A stretch of 64,000 nucleotides of DNA. Source: Catajapyx aquilonaris (Eukaryota). The stretch is from the NCBI GenBank assembly GCA_000934665.2, contig KZ538520.1, positions 1-64,000 of the forward strand. The letters run 5' to 3'. Position 1 is the first letter of the stretch. Each line of letters opens with the position of its first letter. Shown here piece by piece: positions 12,701-25,104 of the stretch. The translations under genes were made by a program, and so were the position numbers. The notes below the pieces were generated by a model. It saw only the letters and a program-made list of their open reading frames with translations. It did not search any database and was not told the origin of the DNA.

Positions 12701-15700
12701 GCTGCAGCCGTGACCATAGCCTCATCACAAATAAAACCCTTGCTTGGCCTGAACATCAAGAGCCAAGGTTTTGTGGAGACTGTTCGGGTGGTAGCTGAGC
12801 ACATACAGGAAACACGCTTAGGAGATACTCTGTTAGGTTTCTCATGCATCATTGTTCTGCTGTCTTTGAGGGTATGGATAGTAAGGTGTGCGTTTGTTCT
12901 GACTATGTCAAAGCATTATTTACTTGCAGAAATTGAAAGAATGGATTGCTACAAGTGGTGACAACAAGGTGACCCGCACAAAGGCCATATTCCGGAAAGT
13001 GATTTGGATCTGCTCCATGAGCCGCAATGCTTTGGTTGTTCTTGTTAGTGCAGTCACTGCATATTCACTTCATTCTGTGGGTCAAGAACCTTTTACTCTC
13101 ACAGGTAAGAGGAATATAAGTTGCCATAATGTTACACTTTTTCATAAGTTTAAGTGATGTAAGAGGGACATTGCCTCTACCTATTTAGCGTTCAAAACTC
13201 ACTACATGGTGTTTTCTTAAGCTAGGGTTCTCAAAGTCCTTCCGATTGGCTGTTTATTAAAAAGGCAACTTTATTATTGAAGGTTTAGAGGAGAGTGATA
13301 CACTTTGTGGGGTTTGGTGACCAAAGTGGGCCTTTTGCCCTAACCTTAGTGGGTCTTGGTCAAAAATCTTGGAGGAGCACTGCCAATTACTGCATCCACT
13401 CTTGTTGACTAGCTATTTATCATAGAAATGCCATTGACAAAAGCTCAGTTATTCAGGGCTGCTCATATATTTCTTCCATTTTGCTAGCAAAATTATTGAC
13501 CCTTGATCCCTAAATCATTAATGGTTTTTCTTGACAGGAGAGATTGTTGCTGGTTTGCCAAGTTTCCAGCCTCCACCTTTTGAATTCCATGATGGGAATA
13601 CGACTCTGTCATATTTGGAGATTTGGAAAGAACTTGGGACTGGAGCATTGATCACTTCACTTATTGCTATCCTACAAAATGTTGCCATTGCCAAGGCATT
13701 TGGTAAGACATGATTTATACTTGGTAAAAAAATCAGCAATAGTTATATTTGGCAGTCATTGTTCTGGGCTCAGTATAATGGGGAAAGAGGGATTGCATGG
13801 ATGTGGGTGGCACTTCATAAGGTTGAAACACAAGCGAAATTTGTGGGTCATCACATTTGGTTGGAGATTTAATTAGACGCCAACTGAATTTTAATGTTTT
13901 CATAAAATATTAGAAAGCAATCGCTGAAAGTTATGAGCTGAAACCAATCCTGGAACACATCCTTTCCTCGCTCTGGAATTTTCCACTATTCACCTTGTAC
14001 TGCTAAGAAACTTTGAATATGGTACTGTGACAATATTAGGTAAACTGAAGCTTGTTGTACTGAATGCCTGCAGCTCATGGAAAAAGTGTGGATGCAACTC
14101 AAGAGATGATCGCCTTAGGAGTGGGCAACATCCTTGGTTCATTTGTTGGCTCTCTCCCGGTCTCCGGCTCATTCTCTCGCTCTGCAGTAAACAACAGCAG
14201 TGGGGTCAAGACTACCATGGGTGGCCTTTATACAGGTGAGGTGTTTTTCTACTGAGAAAAATAAATGTTCACATATTATTGAAAACACATCTGTAGAGCC
14301 CAATTCATCAAATATCGTGGTCTGTGGTTGTCGAACCAGTTTATTCCAGTAGCATGTGCTAAATTAATTCCAGCCAATACAGGGCTTCATATTTTCTTAT
14401 ATTTGGTAATGTCATGCTTGAACTTTGGAAACATAATTGTGACACCCATGTCACACTACAATTGATTACCTGGACCCTTCAAAATTCCAATTGATCTGAT
14501 GCATGATGGGTAATGATTCTTTTCACTGAAAAATTTATAAGGGACTGAGAGCACAATTCAATTCACATCCTAGTAAAATATGATTTTCGATTTTCGACTA
14601 TATTTCAAAGATATTAATGACATGACAATCCTTTATTTGCAGGTGTTCTGGTGCTCCTGTCATTAGCCTTCCTCACTCCATACTTTTTCTACATTCCAAA
14701 AGCTACTTTGGCAGCAGTCATCATTTCAGCAGTGCTCTTCATGGTGGAGTATCATGTGGTGCGGCCCATTTGGAAGTGCAGGAGTAAGTGTGCTCTAGGA
14801 ATATGACCGTGTGTGTGTGTCACTTGCCCAAAGCTTCATTTTACAGAGTGCTATAGACAAACTTCCTGGGGTGAACTGATCATGAGATGATGACTTGGTA
14901 CACCAAGTAGTTGGTCACACCAGTGTTTTGGTGGTACACTACAGGAAAAAAATTGCCTTGTATCAACGGTTCAAAAAGAATTGTCCCTCGCGTCGAGCAG
15001 GCAGCCACTCGTCAGGATGAAAGCAACCAGTTAACTGGTTCCTTTCATCCTGACGCGTGGCTGCCCGCTCGACGCGAGGGACAATTCTTTTTGGACTGAT
15101 GATACCCCAGCAAGCAAGGCTAATGCTGGTGTCGGTGGAAGCATGCATGAGTGCAAGTTGATTCATGCCCACTTCCACCCATGCCTGCATTCGCGCTGCT
15201 TGCAGGGATACAGGGCAATTTTTTCCATTAGTGGACCTACTCTCGAAGCACATTGAAGTGTTCTGAGTAGGGCACTGGATTTTTTGATGCTCCAGTGTAC
15301 CTTTAAAAATGAATGACTGATCCCTTGATGTAGAAGTGTCATTATTTTGGTTTCTGATCCTCACTACTGAGATAATTAGCATTCATCAGATAGTGCCTTA
15401 TACCATGTGCTATGTTGCAGCTACAGCCTGTGACACTTTCACTGACTGCCTCAATAACTGCCTGCTGCACCAAATGAAATAGCAGCTTAAAGGATGTGTT
15501 CCAGGATCGTTTCTGTGAACTACCACAATTTTTGATGGAAGTTGTTCCTAATAATGTAAGATGTAAAAGTGAAACTCAGTTCCTGTATTCCAAAAACTTG
15601 CTATAGAAATTCACAATTTTGGACTTGTTTGATTTGCAATCCTAACTGGAGGCGCCAGGATCTGTATAGACAGTATAAATTTTTTTAAATATCAAGGACA

Positions 15701-18700
15701 AAACACCAGATTTTTAGAGTTTCATATTGTTTAGTCGAGTCAAAATAAGTGATTTTACAATATTACAGTTTTAGTTAACAATTGGCAACTCTAAAAATGA
15801 GTCCTCACCTACCATTGCCACATAAATTGGGACAGAAATTAACTAAGGTTCATTGCACCTCCTGCACCTCTTGTGGTAATTTTGAATTGAGAATAATTCC
15901 AAAATTGAGAATATATTTCAAGTGCAGATTCACAACACTGAAAAGATAGGACAAAACTCACCCAACGTTTCATTATTTAAACTGCCACTGAAAGTTGTGG
16001 CAGTGCATGGCAAAAGTGATTGTGGAGCACATACTTTACACTCAAATGGCAAGGTCACATGGAAGGGGGGACACCTGCCAGGATATTTAAGACTTTGTGT
16101 TTCAAGCCCATTATCTCAGTAACAAGGCCCTGGAACAGCGTTTCTCAACCGGGATTCTGCGAGCAATCGCCAGGGGTTCCGCGAGAAATAGTGACGAATA
16201 GGCTAATCATATATAAATGTATTTGAGTCATTAATCGATATTTATGTACGGAAGTTTGACAAAATAATAGGGATACTTGCAAAAAGTGGTTGAAAGTTCG
16301 CATCGGTTTTATTCAAAAATGAGATGTTACAAAGATTTTGAAGCTCTGTCAATGAACATTTGCCAAGGATGCAGATGGCAAAAAAATTGCGAGATGAGGG
16401 GGGAAAGGAAAGTCGAATGACACCACCTCAGCCGCAATTGTCGACCAGCGTCCCACCCTATTTGTTTGAAAACGAAAAGAGTTACAGATGTGACCATTAC
16501 TGTGTTTTCAAGCTCTATCGATGTCACTTTGTGTGGTATACAGATGGCCCAAAAAGCTACAAGAGATGGTGGGGAAAAAAGAGAAATCGCACACCCCAGC
16601 ACTAAATCTGAGACATCTACAGACTGTTCAAAACATGAATGCATCCACTGCAAGAAGGATTTGGCTGTAATAATTAATAAATTGTAGTGTACACTAACAA
16701 CTATCTGTAGCATGGGTTTCCATTATCCAACCCACCCCACACAGTTACATGAGTACCATACTCAATTACTACAATTTTATGTCAATTTTAAAAATTACTT
16801 CAATACTTCAATACCCAGTAAAGTCAATATCTGTAACTGCTTTTGTTTGCAAATGAAAAGGGAGGGACACTCTGGTCGAAAATGGCAGCTGGTGGGTGTC
16901 ATTCGAATTTTGTTGACCCCCCCCCNTAAAAGTCATGTATAACTTTTCCAGTTCCCGTTTTGTAATAAAACAGACACAGAACTTTCAACCTCCTTTAGCA
17001 GGTGTCCCTATTATTTTGTCCAACCTTTGTTAGGCTCAAACGACGAAAATGCTCATTGAGCGAAACAGTAACAATTTCGCGAAATGGTCATTTTCAAACT
17101 AAGCAATTTGAAACATGGTCGTTTTTTGTTTTTTTTCGCTCATTGATCGTTTTGTGTGTATTTAATAACTTCGGGTGAAAGGACATGGCACAAAAAGTGT
17201 GGGCCAGTGGCCTTCCGTTCGATTTGCCTGAAAATGGGATATGTTGTAGCCTAGACCGTCCTGATCAATGTTAGATATGGACATTTCGAGGAAGGACCTA
17301 CAGGGAGCATGCTAATCTCCGAAGGTAATATGGGGAGCAATAGACTACAATAATCTTGTCTCCAGGAACTCACCAGTTATTGCATGAAATGAACGATTAA
17401 TCTTGATTACCTAGTCACCTGGTTACATTCTACTCCTTGAAGGTTGTCATCAGGAGTTTCCTCCAGCTGCACTTCAGCATCCATTGGGTCAATGTAAGGA
17501 AGATATCTCTCACAGCAGTCTTCCATTGTGTTGAGTATCCTCCTCGATGGATAGCCGATATTTTCCTGGTGTCTAGGAAAACCTATATACCACAAATCAC
17601 TTGCCATGTGAGCACAACAGCCAAGCGTTCGACTCCTGTCTTACACTTGCAGTCCCATCCAAGAATTGGCTCAAATCCATCGTCTTCATTGTCGTCGTTC
17701 TGTTGATCATACGGAGCATCTTTGTACGCAATCCACAGATTGTATTCGGTGGAGTTGGAAAACCTGGCGTAAATTCTGGCTCTTGTAGTAAAATCTCAAT
17801 GGACCATTCTGAATCTTTATCAAGTTTATCCTGAACGTAGGACTTCGCAAGTTTGATTTAAGGAACCTAACATACGGAGTGTGCCAAGTCAAACTTGTGA
17901 AGTCCTATGTTCAGGATAAACTTGATAATGATTCAGAATGGTCCATTGAGATTTTACTACAAGAGTCAGGTTTCCTGAGAGCCACAATTTAGTCCAGGTT
18001 TTCCAACTCCACCTAATACAATCTGTGAATTGCGCACAAACATGCTCCGTATGATCAACAGAACGGCGACGAGGAGGCAATTCCTGGATGGCACTGCAAG
18101 TGTAAGACAGGAGCTCGAACGCTGGCTGTTGTGCTCACGTCGCAAGTGACTTGTGGTATATAGGTTTTCCTAGACACCAGGAAAATATCGGCTATCCATC
18201 GAGGAGGATACTCAACACAAGGGAAGACTGCTGTGAGAGATATCTTCCTTACATTGACCCAATGGATGCTGAAGTGCAGCTGGAGGAAACTCCTGATGAC
18301 AACCTTCAAGGAGTAGAATGTGAACCAGGTGACTAGGTAATCAAGATTAATCGTTCATTTCATGCAATAACCAGTGAGTTCCTGGAGACAAGATTATTGT
18401 AGTCTACTACTCCCCATATTACCTTCGGAGGTCATTAGCACGCTCCCTGTAGGAGTGTAAGTCCTATCTCGAAATGTCCCTATCCAATATTGATCAGGAC
18501 GGTCTGGGCTGCAATATATCCAATTTCCAGGCAAATCGAACTGAAAACCAGACCATGTCCCATATTACCTTCGGAGGTCATTAGTACGCTCCCTGTAGGT
18601 CCTACCTTGAAATGTCCCTATCTAACATTGATCAGGATGGTCTAGGCTACAACCATTTTCAGGCAAATCGAACGGAAGGCCACTGGCCCATCCTTTTTGT

Positions 18701-20277
18701 GGCATGTCCTTTTCGTCCCACTGCTAGTATGTTAATGCTAACTTAGCTAGTACCAACACTGGTACTGCTAAGTTATCAGTATCTAGCAGTGGGACGAAAA
18801 TGTGACACTTAATTTTAATGTAGGGGTTCCCTGAGACACGAATATAATTTCAAGGGTTCTGCATGGATAAAAAGGTTGAGAAACGCTGCCCTAGAGCCTA
18901 GAAGCAACAGCATATATCTTACCCTGAAAAACTATTTCAACTACTGGTGGAGACGTGGAGTACTTGTCAAATGGTATCAGATTGTGTAAAAACACGGGAA
19001 TGATTAATAATAATAATCATAATCATAATAATAAGTTTTATTACCCTGCTGGGCCTTGGCCCTTGTGCAGGGGGGAAGCACCTTTTTACATCAGTTCTAT
19101 TATGGTCTATTATACTCAATCATTCCCTCGTACAGGGTACATAATAGAACTGATGCAGTCATACCTGCATTAGCCTTTGAAATAAGGGTGACCATACATG
19201 GTGTGATCAATGAGAATGCAACATCTCCATCATACTTGTATGCCCCATTATGCATTTGGTTTATCAGTCTACAAATGCAGTTCCAATTGGTCAGAATATC
19301 TGTTAATTCTATGGCAGCTTTTTAAGGTTCTTCATAAATGGCTGCTGTTGTTGCAGAAATTGATCTCATTCCGGCATTTGTGACATTTGCTGCATGCCTT
19401 CTGCTGGGTATGGAGTATGGGATAGTTATTGGAGTGGCCATCAACCTCGTCTTCCTTCTGTATTCATCTGCCCGTCCATCCGTCCGAGTGGAAACTGCAG
19501 AGGTAGACCTCTTCAGAGTTTTTTTTTTTTTTACAAGATTAAGTAAGGGAGGAAAATAATGCAATTGATTTGTCCTCATAATTGTTTGTAACAGACCAAA
19601 TCGGGCATTGAGTACCTGCTAGTCACCCCTGATCGCAGTGTCGTCTTTCCATCTGTGGAATATGTGTGCAGTGCTGTCACTAAAGCAGGAATCAAGAATG
19701 GTTCCAGTACATTACCTGTTGTCATGGACTGCCGTTTTGTTCAGAGTGGTGACTTCACTACTGCAAAGGTCAGCTTTACATTTTATGAGCTTTCACTGTC
19801 ATTAAGGAATGAATTGCTATGTATGGCTGAATATGTAACAACTGGAAGCGTTTATTTTAATAATGGAAAGTGACATAGTCTTGTTCTTTTGAAATCAATG
19901 CGTAGGGACTGGAGTCCCTGACATGTGACTTTAAGAAGCGCAAGCAGCCCCTAGTGTTCTGGAATGTGCGTCCAAAAGTGTCTCAGCTGGTGAAAGGATT
20001 GAGCCTTAATGATTTAGTGCACTGTGACACTGAAGAAGAATTGGAGGCCCTTGTGCAAGGTGATGTCAATTTTTTGAAATCACATGCTTTATGTTATCTG
20101 GTGCTCTAAATTTCAGCTAGTGGAATAAACAGCATCAAGGAGCCGAATGGAGATGTGCCTGTGCCCATTGTCATTGAAGGGGTGGGATCTCAAGCAAGCG
20201 ATCCACTTTTGAGGGACATGGAAACCAAGATTGGCAGTCAGGAGAGCAGCAGAGATGACTCAACACGCGAGTCATGA
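9714..20277 (+). CDS. SLC26A11: SLC26/SulP family sodium-independent sulfate anion transporter (SLC26A11-like), 11 coding exons, ~629 aa
   Basis: Exons 9714-9908, 11408-11603, 12651-12871, 12930-13104, 13538-13702, 14074-14235, 14643-14783, 19357-19502, 19595-19768, 19906-20059 and 20117-20277. All introns are GT-AG with compatible phases (1890 nt, ending in TGA). Motifs: DLIAGVTVGLTVIPQSMAYAAIAGL, YGLYAAF, GSCKDVTIGPTA, GFTSAAA, DATQEMIALG, GSFSRSAVN, YIPKATLAAVI, and a STAS-like C-terminus (PVVMDC...DFT). The ATG at 9714 directly follows an acceptor, so an upstream exon (UTR or coding) exists but was not identified. Confidence 0.93.
10199..10323. mobile_element. Small palindromic MITE
   Basis: Inverted arms GCCCTATTGCACCAACCGAAATTACCGAT...ATCGGTAATTTCGTTGGTGCAACCGGGC. 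Confidence 0.6.
10919..11150. mobile_element. hAT-type MITE
   Basis: TIRs CAGTGGTTCCCAA/TTGGGAACCACTG and an 8-bp TSD TGTTAGTA/TGTTAGCA. Confidence 0.8.
12149..12469. mobile_element. Tc1/pogo-type MITE
   Basis: TA|CAGTGGAGCATCGATTATCCGAAC ... GTTCGGATAATAATCGATGCTACACTG|TA. Confidence 0.7.
14937..15233. mobile_element. CACTA-ended MITE with an internal ~130-bp hairpin
   Basis: Termini CACTACAGGAAAAAAATTGCCTTGTATC ... GATACAGGGCAATTTTTTCCATTAGTG; inner palindrome at 14970-15100 centred on GTTAAC. Confidence 0.6.
16355..16690 (+). mobile_element. Degenerate piggyBac-like transposase C-terminal fragment
   Basis: Frameshifted peptides (KTKRVTDV, YRCH...KRWW) and a Cys-rich end (TSTDCSKHECIHCKKD) resemble the piggyBac C-terminus. 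Confidence 0.35.
17178..18712. mobile_element. Large foldback made of two inverted copies of a SWIM-finger transposase 3' end (probably PIF/Harbinger superfamily)
   Basis: 17178-17858 is the reverse complement of 17886-18712, with indels and an ~135-bp duplication in the right arm. The arms encode, with frameshifts, LTYGVCQVKL.KSYVQ...GWHCKCKTGART/CCAHVASDLWYIGF (CxC...CxH, SWIM-like). Confidence 0.7.
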
Positions 20278-21367
20278 TGACTTTTAATTTCAGAGACTAC
20301 AGATTGTTTACCTCTAGGCAGTATCAAGTGGCAATGTGCATGGCCATTGTGCCACCAGGCACTGCATGTTCTCAACAAGATCTTTTAGCTATCTTCTACG
20401 TATTCAATATGGACCTACATTTTATTCTGTGTCTTAGCAAATTTTTTTTGACTTGGCTGTATCCACCTTGGAATTATACAGGGGGAAAGCCTAGAAAGTG
20501 TTTCAGACTGTAAAGAAGGGTCTTGGTGCACTTTGCAGTAGCAGAAGTAGAGGAAGGAATTTTTTCATCGCTGTACTGACCAGAGTTGGCCTTGTGATGC
20601 TCCTTGAATCTTTGATCAATAATCAGGGAAGTTCTTTTTTAATGCTTCCTAACAGTGTGGTGTCCCAACTGTGGTCAGTTGTCCTACTCCTCCCACCAGA
20701 AGTGACAGGTATACTGTAGATTCATACTTGTCTTCATATGTAATCTGTACTGTACAAAGGAACCAAGTATCTTGTGACAAACTGAAGATGTAGCACACTA
20801 AAGTTTAACATCCTGGTCATTATACCAATCTTTTGCTCCCTAACATCAGCCAATTCGAAAAATCGCAGAAGCACAAGAACACGGTGTCAAGAAAACTGCC
20901 GAAACTCGGAAACATGTGCACCTATGAAGACGAGATTTTTCAGACTAATAGATGATAGGTGCACCTAGCGCCCCCTACTGTCACAAGTTCGTCGCTCCAC
21001 TGGTTTGCACGGTATATCGACAGTCCGGGAACTTTTATATCACACCTCGTAGAGCTGGGGCACGAGTGTCAGGGGGCTGCAACTGTGGTTTCTGGAAGTC
21101 TTCACTGTAAATGATCAGGAAAAGAAGGAATGGGACTTGATTCTGCATTTCAGAGTGAATTTGATCTCACCAGTTCCATCCTTGAGTCTGAACCTCTAGT
21201 TGGACCCTTGTTGCAGGCCTCGTGAAGGCTCCTGTACGTGGCGAGACTGGTGTTTGTTGTGGAAGAATACGAACAGTTTAAGCAGTGAGGGATACTCTCA
21301 GGATTGGTTCGTATAACGAAGTGTATGATTCAGGTACATTATGACGTTATAGGCTACAGTACTGACG

Positions 21368-21585
21368 CCCCAAGCAAAAACCATGTATGTTCAGGTAAGC
21401 ATACCACTGAAATCCCCTTTATGTGGCCTACGTAATGGTACAAACCTCGTTTCTCTACGAGTCTCCGTTGCAAAGTTAGGGGCATAGTAAAACCATGTAT
21501 GTATATCCTTTTCAATGGAAAGAAAACTTCACATGCTCTTATCTCGAAATGATAAAAACTACACGTACTGGGTTTTTGCTTGGGG
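21368..21585. mobile_element. MITE with CCC-initiated TIRs
   Basis: CCCCAAGCAAAAACC ... GGTTTTTGCTTGGGG, with internal repeats of AAAACCATGTATGT. Confidence 0.55.
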
Positions 21586-22210
21586 AGTAGTGAGTAGTCG
21601 GCAAATAATAATAATTTTTAAATTTGCCTTGTGTATATTCCACAAATAATTTTACTGGTGGAATTTTTTTGCGGCTAAAATTGGCATTCCAAATTGCAGA
21701 ATGGATGAGTGCACTCAAAAGCTACCAAAATTGATACGGTACCTGAGATGTATTGTATTACTAGCGGGAATTTTAAAAAATCATCAGTATGCCGTACTGT
21801 TTTTAAAGCCTGGTTCACAAAAAAATGCTTTCTTCGCTGAGCTGTGGCCGGAATAGCTTATAATGCAAAACAAACACACAAAAACTAGATTTACCATAAC
21901 AGTTTGCTGACGACTGCACATTCCTGCGTGGGTACATTATTATCCATACAGTCAGCATTATTTTCATTTGTGGGTCACACTGTGTTAGTAGGTTGGTGAT
22001 CCAAGCCTAATGATGGGAAAGTTCCTAAGCATGGGTCCTATGTGAAAAAGCATACTTTAGATTCCACTTCACTCATTAAAATACAGCAACAGCAACATTT
22101 ATTTATGTATGCAATTCCAAAATTATAAGTTATATCAAATGTATTCTACAGCATGGGGCATTGATGATGCTGTAACCAGGAATGCCAGTAGTATGATGTA
22201 ACTCAGCATA

Positions 22211-23190
22211 ATGGAGGATACCTTAAAGAGGCAGCAACACAGAAATATCACAAAAGCTGTTAATGAGCATATGAGACAAATAGAACTTGCCCTGCATTCA
22301 CAGCCTTACCCACTCAGCAAGAGAAATGTCTCAGTGGAATGTCATAATATCCGCAGTAGCCATGTTTGGAGATGGTACTGGATTTATATGTAGTGAAAAT
22401 GGCAACAGTTCCGGGAGTGATGCAAAATGCAACAACAATCCTGTTAGTGATGAGGTTGCTGTGAGTTCAGTGCATGATGAGGATGATGACAAGAGTTCAG
22501 TCCGAAATGAAGTACAGTGTTGTGATGATAACTCGGACGAAGTGAGCTCAGGTGATAGTGAATGGGACTACCTCTTTCCATTACATCATGAAGATGAAGA
22601 TACTGAACACCAGCCCAGCACCAATGTGAGTGGGCTTAAGGAAAAATTGAGAGACTGTGCCATTAAGCACAGAGTCAGGCAGGGTGCTTTGAATGACTTG
22701 GTTGGGATATTGGGGGGTTTACATGACGAGCTACCACGTGATGCAAGAACATTGCTGCATACACCTAGAAAGACCATCACTACGAAACGAGAAAATGGAG
22801 AGTCCTATCATTTTCGATTGGAGCAGTGTCTGGATGCTACACTTGAAAACTGTGTCCATCTTCCAGCAGATATAACTGTTTCATTCATCATTGATGGTCT
22901 GCCTCTGTTTACAAGTACAAAAACGCAGCTGTGGCCCATTCTAGACACTATATATATGGCGATAGAGGTTCTCCTTTTGTTGTGGGTATATTTTGTGGAA
23001 CTGGGCAGCCTTCACCACTAGATGACTGTGTCAGGTGTTTCTTGGAGGATTTGCAGAATGCTTTAGGTAGAGGTTGCACCATTAAAGATCAACATGTTAG
23101 AGTGAAATTACGTGCCATATAATATGTGATGCTCCTGAATGGGCATACCTAAAATGCATCAAGTCACACAATGGCGATTATGGATGTAAG
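22211..23190 (+). mobile_element. Degenerate EnSpm/CACTA (CMC)-type transposase remnant
   Basis: Frameshifted ORFs contain LPRDARTLLHTP, IDGLPLFTSTKTQLWPIL, PFVVGIFCG and CDAP...KCIKSHNGDYGC. The remnant is truncated at its 3' end. Confidence 0.75.
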
Positions 23191-23256
23191 CTTGCTTAGC
23201 TTCTACATAAATCCGGCACTGTGCCTGGTGCTTCCTCTTCGAGTCCAGTTGCTGGC

Positions 23257-24099
23257 TCAAAGTTCCCTCCCCCTTTGGAACTCGTCCCAAAGGGCGTTGA
23301 AGACCCCCTGCATCAGGCCGATATGAACTTGGTTGTTGGAGATGACAAAGTGGTTCCAGTTCCCGTAGATCGCCTGGTTGGTCCAGTTCAGGGAGCCCAT
23401 CATGCAATAGTTGCCATCTAATATCACAAACGTGTTGTGCATCCTGTACGACCCTTTCTCAGTTGCCACAGGTATCCCTAGAATGTAACGTTAATTTTAT
23501 ATTACAACAAGAAGCCTTTTCCCTCAATCAGTGCCATGTAAGCCATCAGTGTGCCAAGTTTCATCACTCTCAGTAGTCTGAAAGTGGGTTAGGTAGACCA
23601 CACATACAGACAAACTTTCTGCTTTATTATGTTAGATTTGAATCGTTAAGAATTGGCCAACTTTCATGCTATTTGACAGGCACAGCAAGTATGCTCAAGG
23701 GTTATCCAATTCCCTTACGAGACATTTCCCCTTGGCAATGAAACGATTAGTCAGTTCTCCAAAGAGAATCATTATTCTACGAGGACAAGTCGAAACATAT
23801 TGAGACTGATTTTTTATATACAGGGTGGTCCAAGTTCAAGTGTCGTTTTATAACGGCGATTAATAGCAGTGATTTTGCGATGACGTAGCAGCGACGCGTA
23901 AAATGTCCCACTTCAGCGCATCTTCGGTGCAATCGAAGTGGGCAATTTTACACGTCGCTGCTACGTCATCGTTAAGCGCTTCTATTAATCGCCGTTATAA
24001 AACGACACTTGAACTTGGACCACCCTGTATTTGTTCATATATTTCAGATCCCAATAAAAATGCAACTTGGTTGAACTTTGTTTTCCTCACTTTCTGATA

Positions 24100-24139
<40 letters not shown>

Positions 24140-25072
24140 TCATACCCCGTTATCAGCCGGCGGCTCTTTAGGGGGGAGTTTTGTTTTGACTGGAACTCTT
24201 TGCATTTTTACTTCGCTTTTGGGGATAGGATAGGGACGGAAGGAAGCGGCTGTGGCCTATTATTTTAGGAAACAACCCCGGCTGGAGGGACCGTGGGAAA
24301 CCACAGAAAACCACGGTTAGGGTTGCCGGCCCTGGGGATCGAACCCAGGACCTCCCGATTAGCAGTCGGATACCATATCCCCTCCGCCACCACTGCTTCA
24401 GTCACTTTCTGATATGTACTTTCGGGTAATTAACTACAAAGAGCATGATATTGTACCATCTGGGTGAAACACACAGCGGGATATCCTCCGACGCACCTTC
24501 ATTGATAAAGACGGGCACCAGGGAATTCATGGCATGTACGTGGTTATACTCGGTGATGATCTGCACTTGGACTCCCCTCCAATGTGCACGAAGAGTGGCC
24601 TCGCTCAGGTGCTTATGGGTAATCATGGCCATGCAAATATCTAGTGTCTTCTCTGTCCGATCCAGGTAGCCGATAATGGTCCTGCAAATTAATCGATTAG
24701 ATCTATGCAAGTCGACGAAGTCGTACATCATCGTGCATTGTACCCAATGTGGTCCTCCTTGTGTATGAAGGGTGTCATGTCGATGTCCACCTCATTGACA
24801 CCTAGCTTACTGAAGCGCCAAGCAGGCTTCCTGGCGCATGGGAAGAACATGGCGTACTCCATGGGCGTCACCCCCACGCCGTACTCCCTCTCCACCTCCC
24901 TCCTGGCTCTCTCTGCCTCCCTCCTAGCCCTCTCTGCCTCCCTCCTGGCCCTCCTCCCCTCCCTCTTCTTCCGCCCCAACCACTTCTTCACAACGTGGTA
25001 TCCCAAAAAAGCTGCCCCCAGACAACCGACACGCAGCAGAATCGCAGCATTCACCATCTCACTCACTTTCAT
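23257..25072 (-). CDS. PLD6: PLD6/Zucchini (mitochondrial phospholipase D-family nuclease)-like protein, 3 exons, ~244 aa, with a non-canonical HKD motif
   Basis: Exons 25072-24744, 24681-24497 and 23477-23257, with GT-AG introns (62 nt and ~1 kb) and consistent phases (735 nt). The protein has an N-terminal hydrophobic anchor followed by a basic stretch, then IIGYLDRTEKTLDICMAMIT, AHWRGVQVQII and MHNTFVILD...GSLNWTNQAI...FNALW, matching the single-HKD PLD6 layout. An alternative start lies at 25057. Confidence 0.85.
23821..24027. mobile_element. Tc1/mariner-type palindromic MITE in PLD6 intron 2
   Basis: TA|CAGGGTGGTCCAAGTTCAAG...CTTGAACTTGGACCACCCTG|TA; the whole element is a hairpin. Confidence 0.8.
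24100..24397 (-). mobile_element. tRNA-derived SINE with (TTA)n tail
   Basis: Minus-strand B-box (GGTTCGATCCC); body shared with 52270-52487; microsatellite tail at 24109-24139. Confidence 0.7.
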
Positions 25073-25104
25073 CCTCAACCTGCAATTAATAACCACAAAT
25101 TAGG

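Larger units (their letters stand above)
16136..18888. mobile_element. hAT-type non-autonomous element (~2.75 kb) with nested cargo, in SLC26 intron 7
   Basis: TIRs CAGCGTTTCTCAACC/GGTTGAGAAACGCTG and an imperfect 8-bp TSD CCCTGGAA/CCCTAGAG. Confidence 0.7.

Noticed and set aside
20965..20981. CTCF-like motifs (also near 36741)
   Set aside because: Short matches are expected by chance in 64 kb, and there is no independent evidence.
24682..24743. Apparent frameshift between the two PLD6-like ORFs
   Set aside because: Explained by a 62-nt GT-AG intron with a CTAAT branch site.
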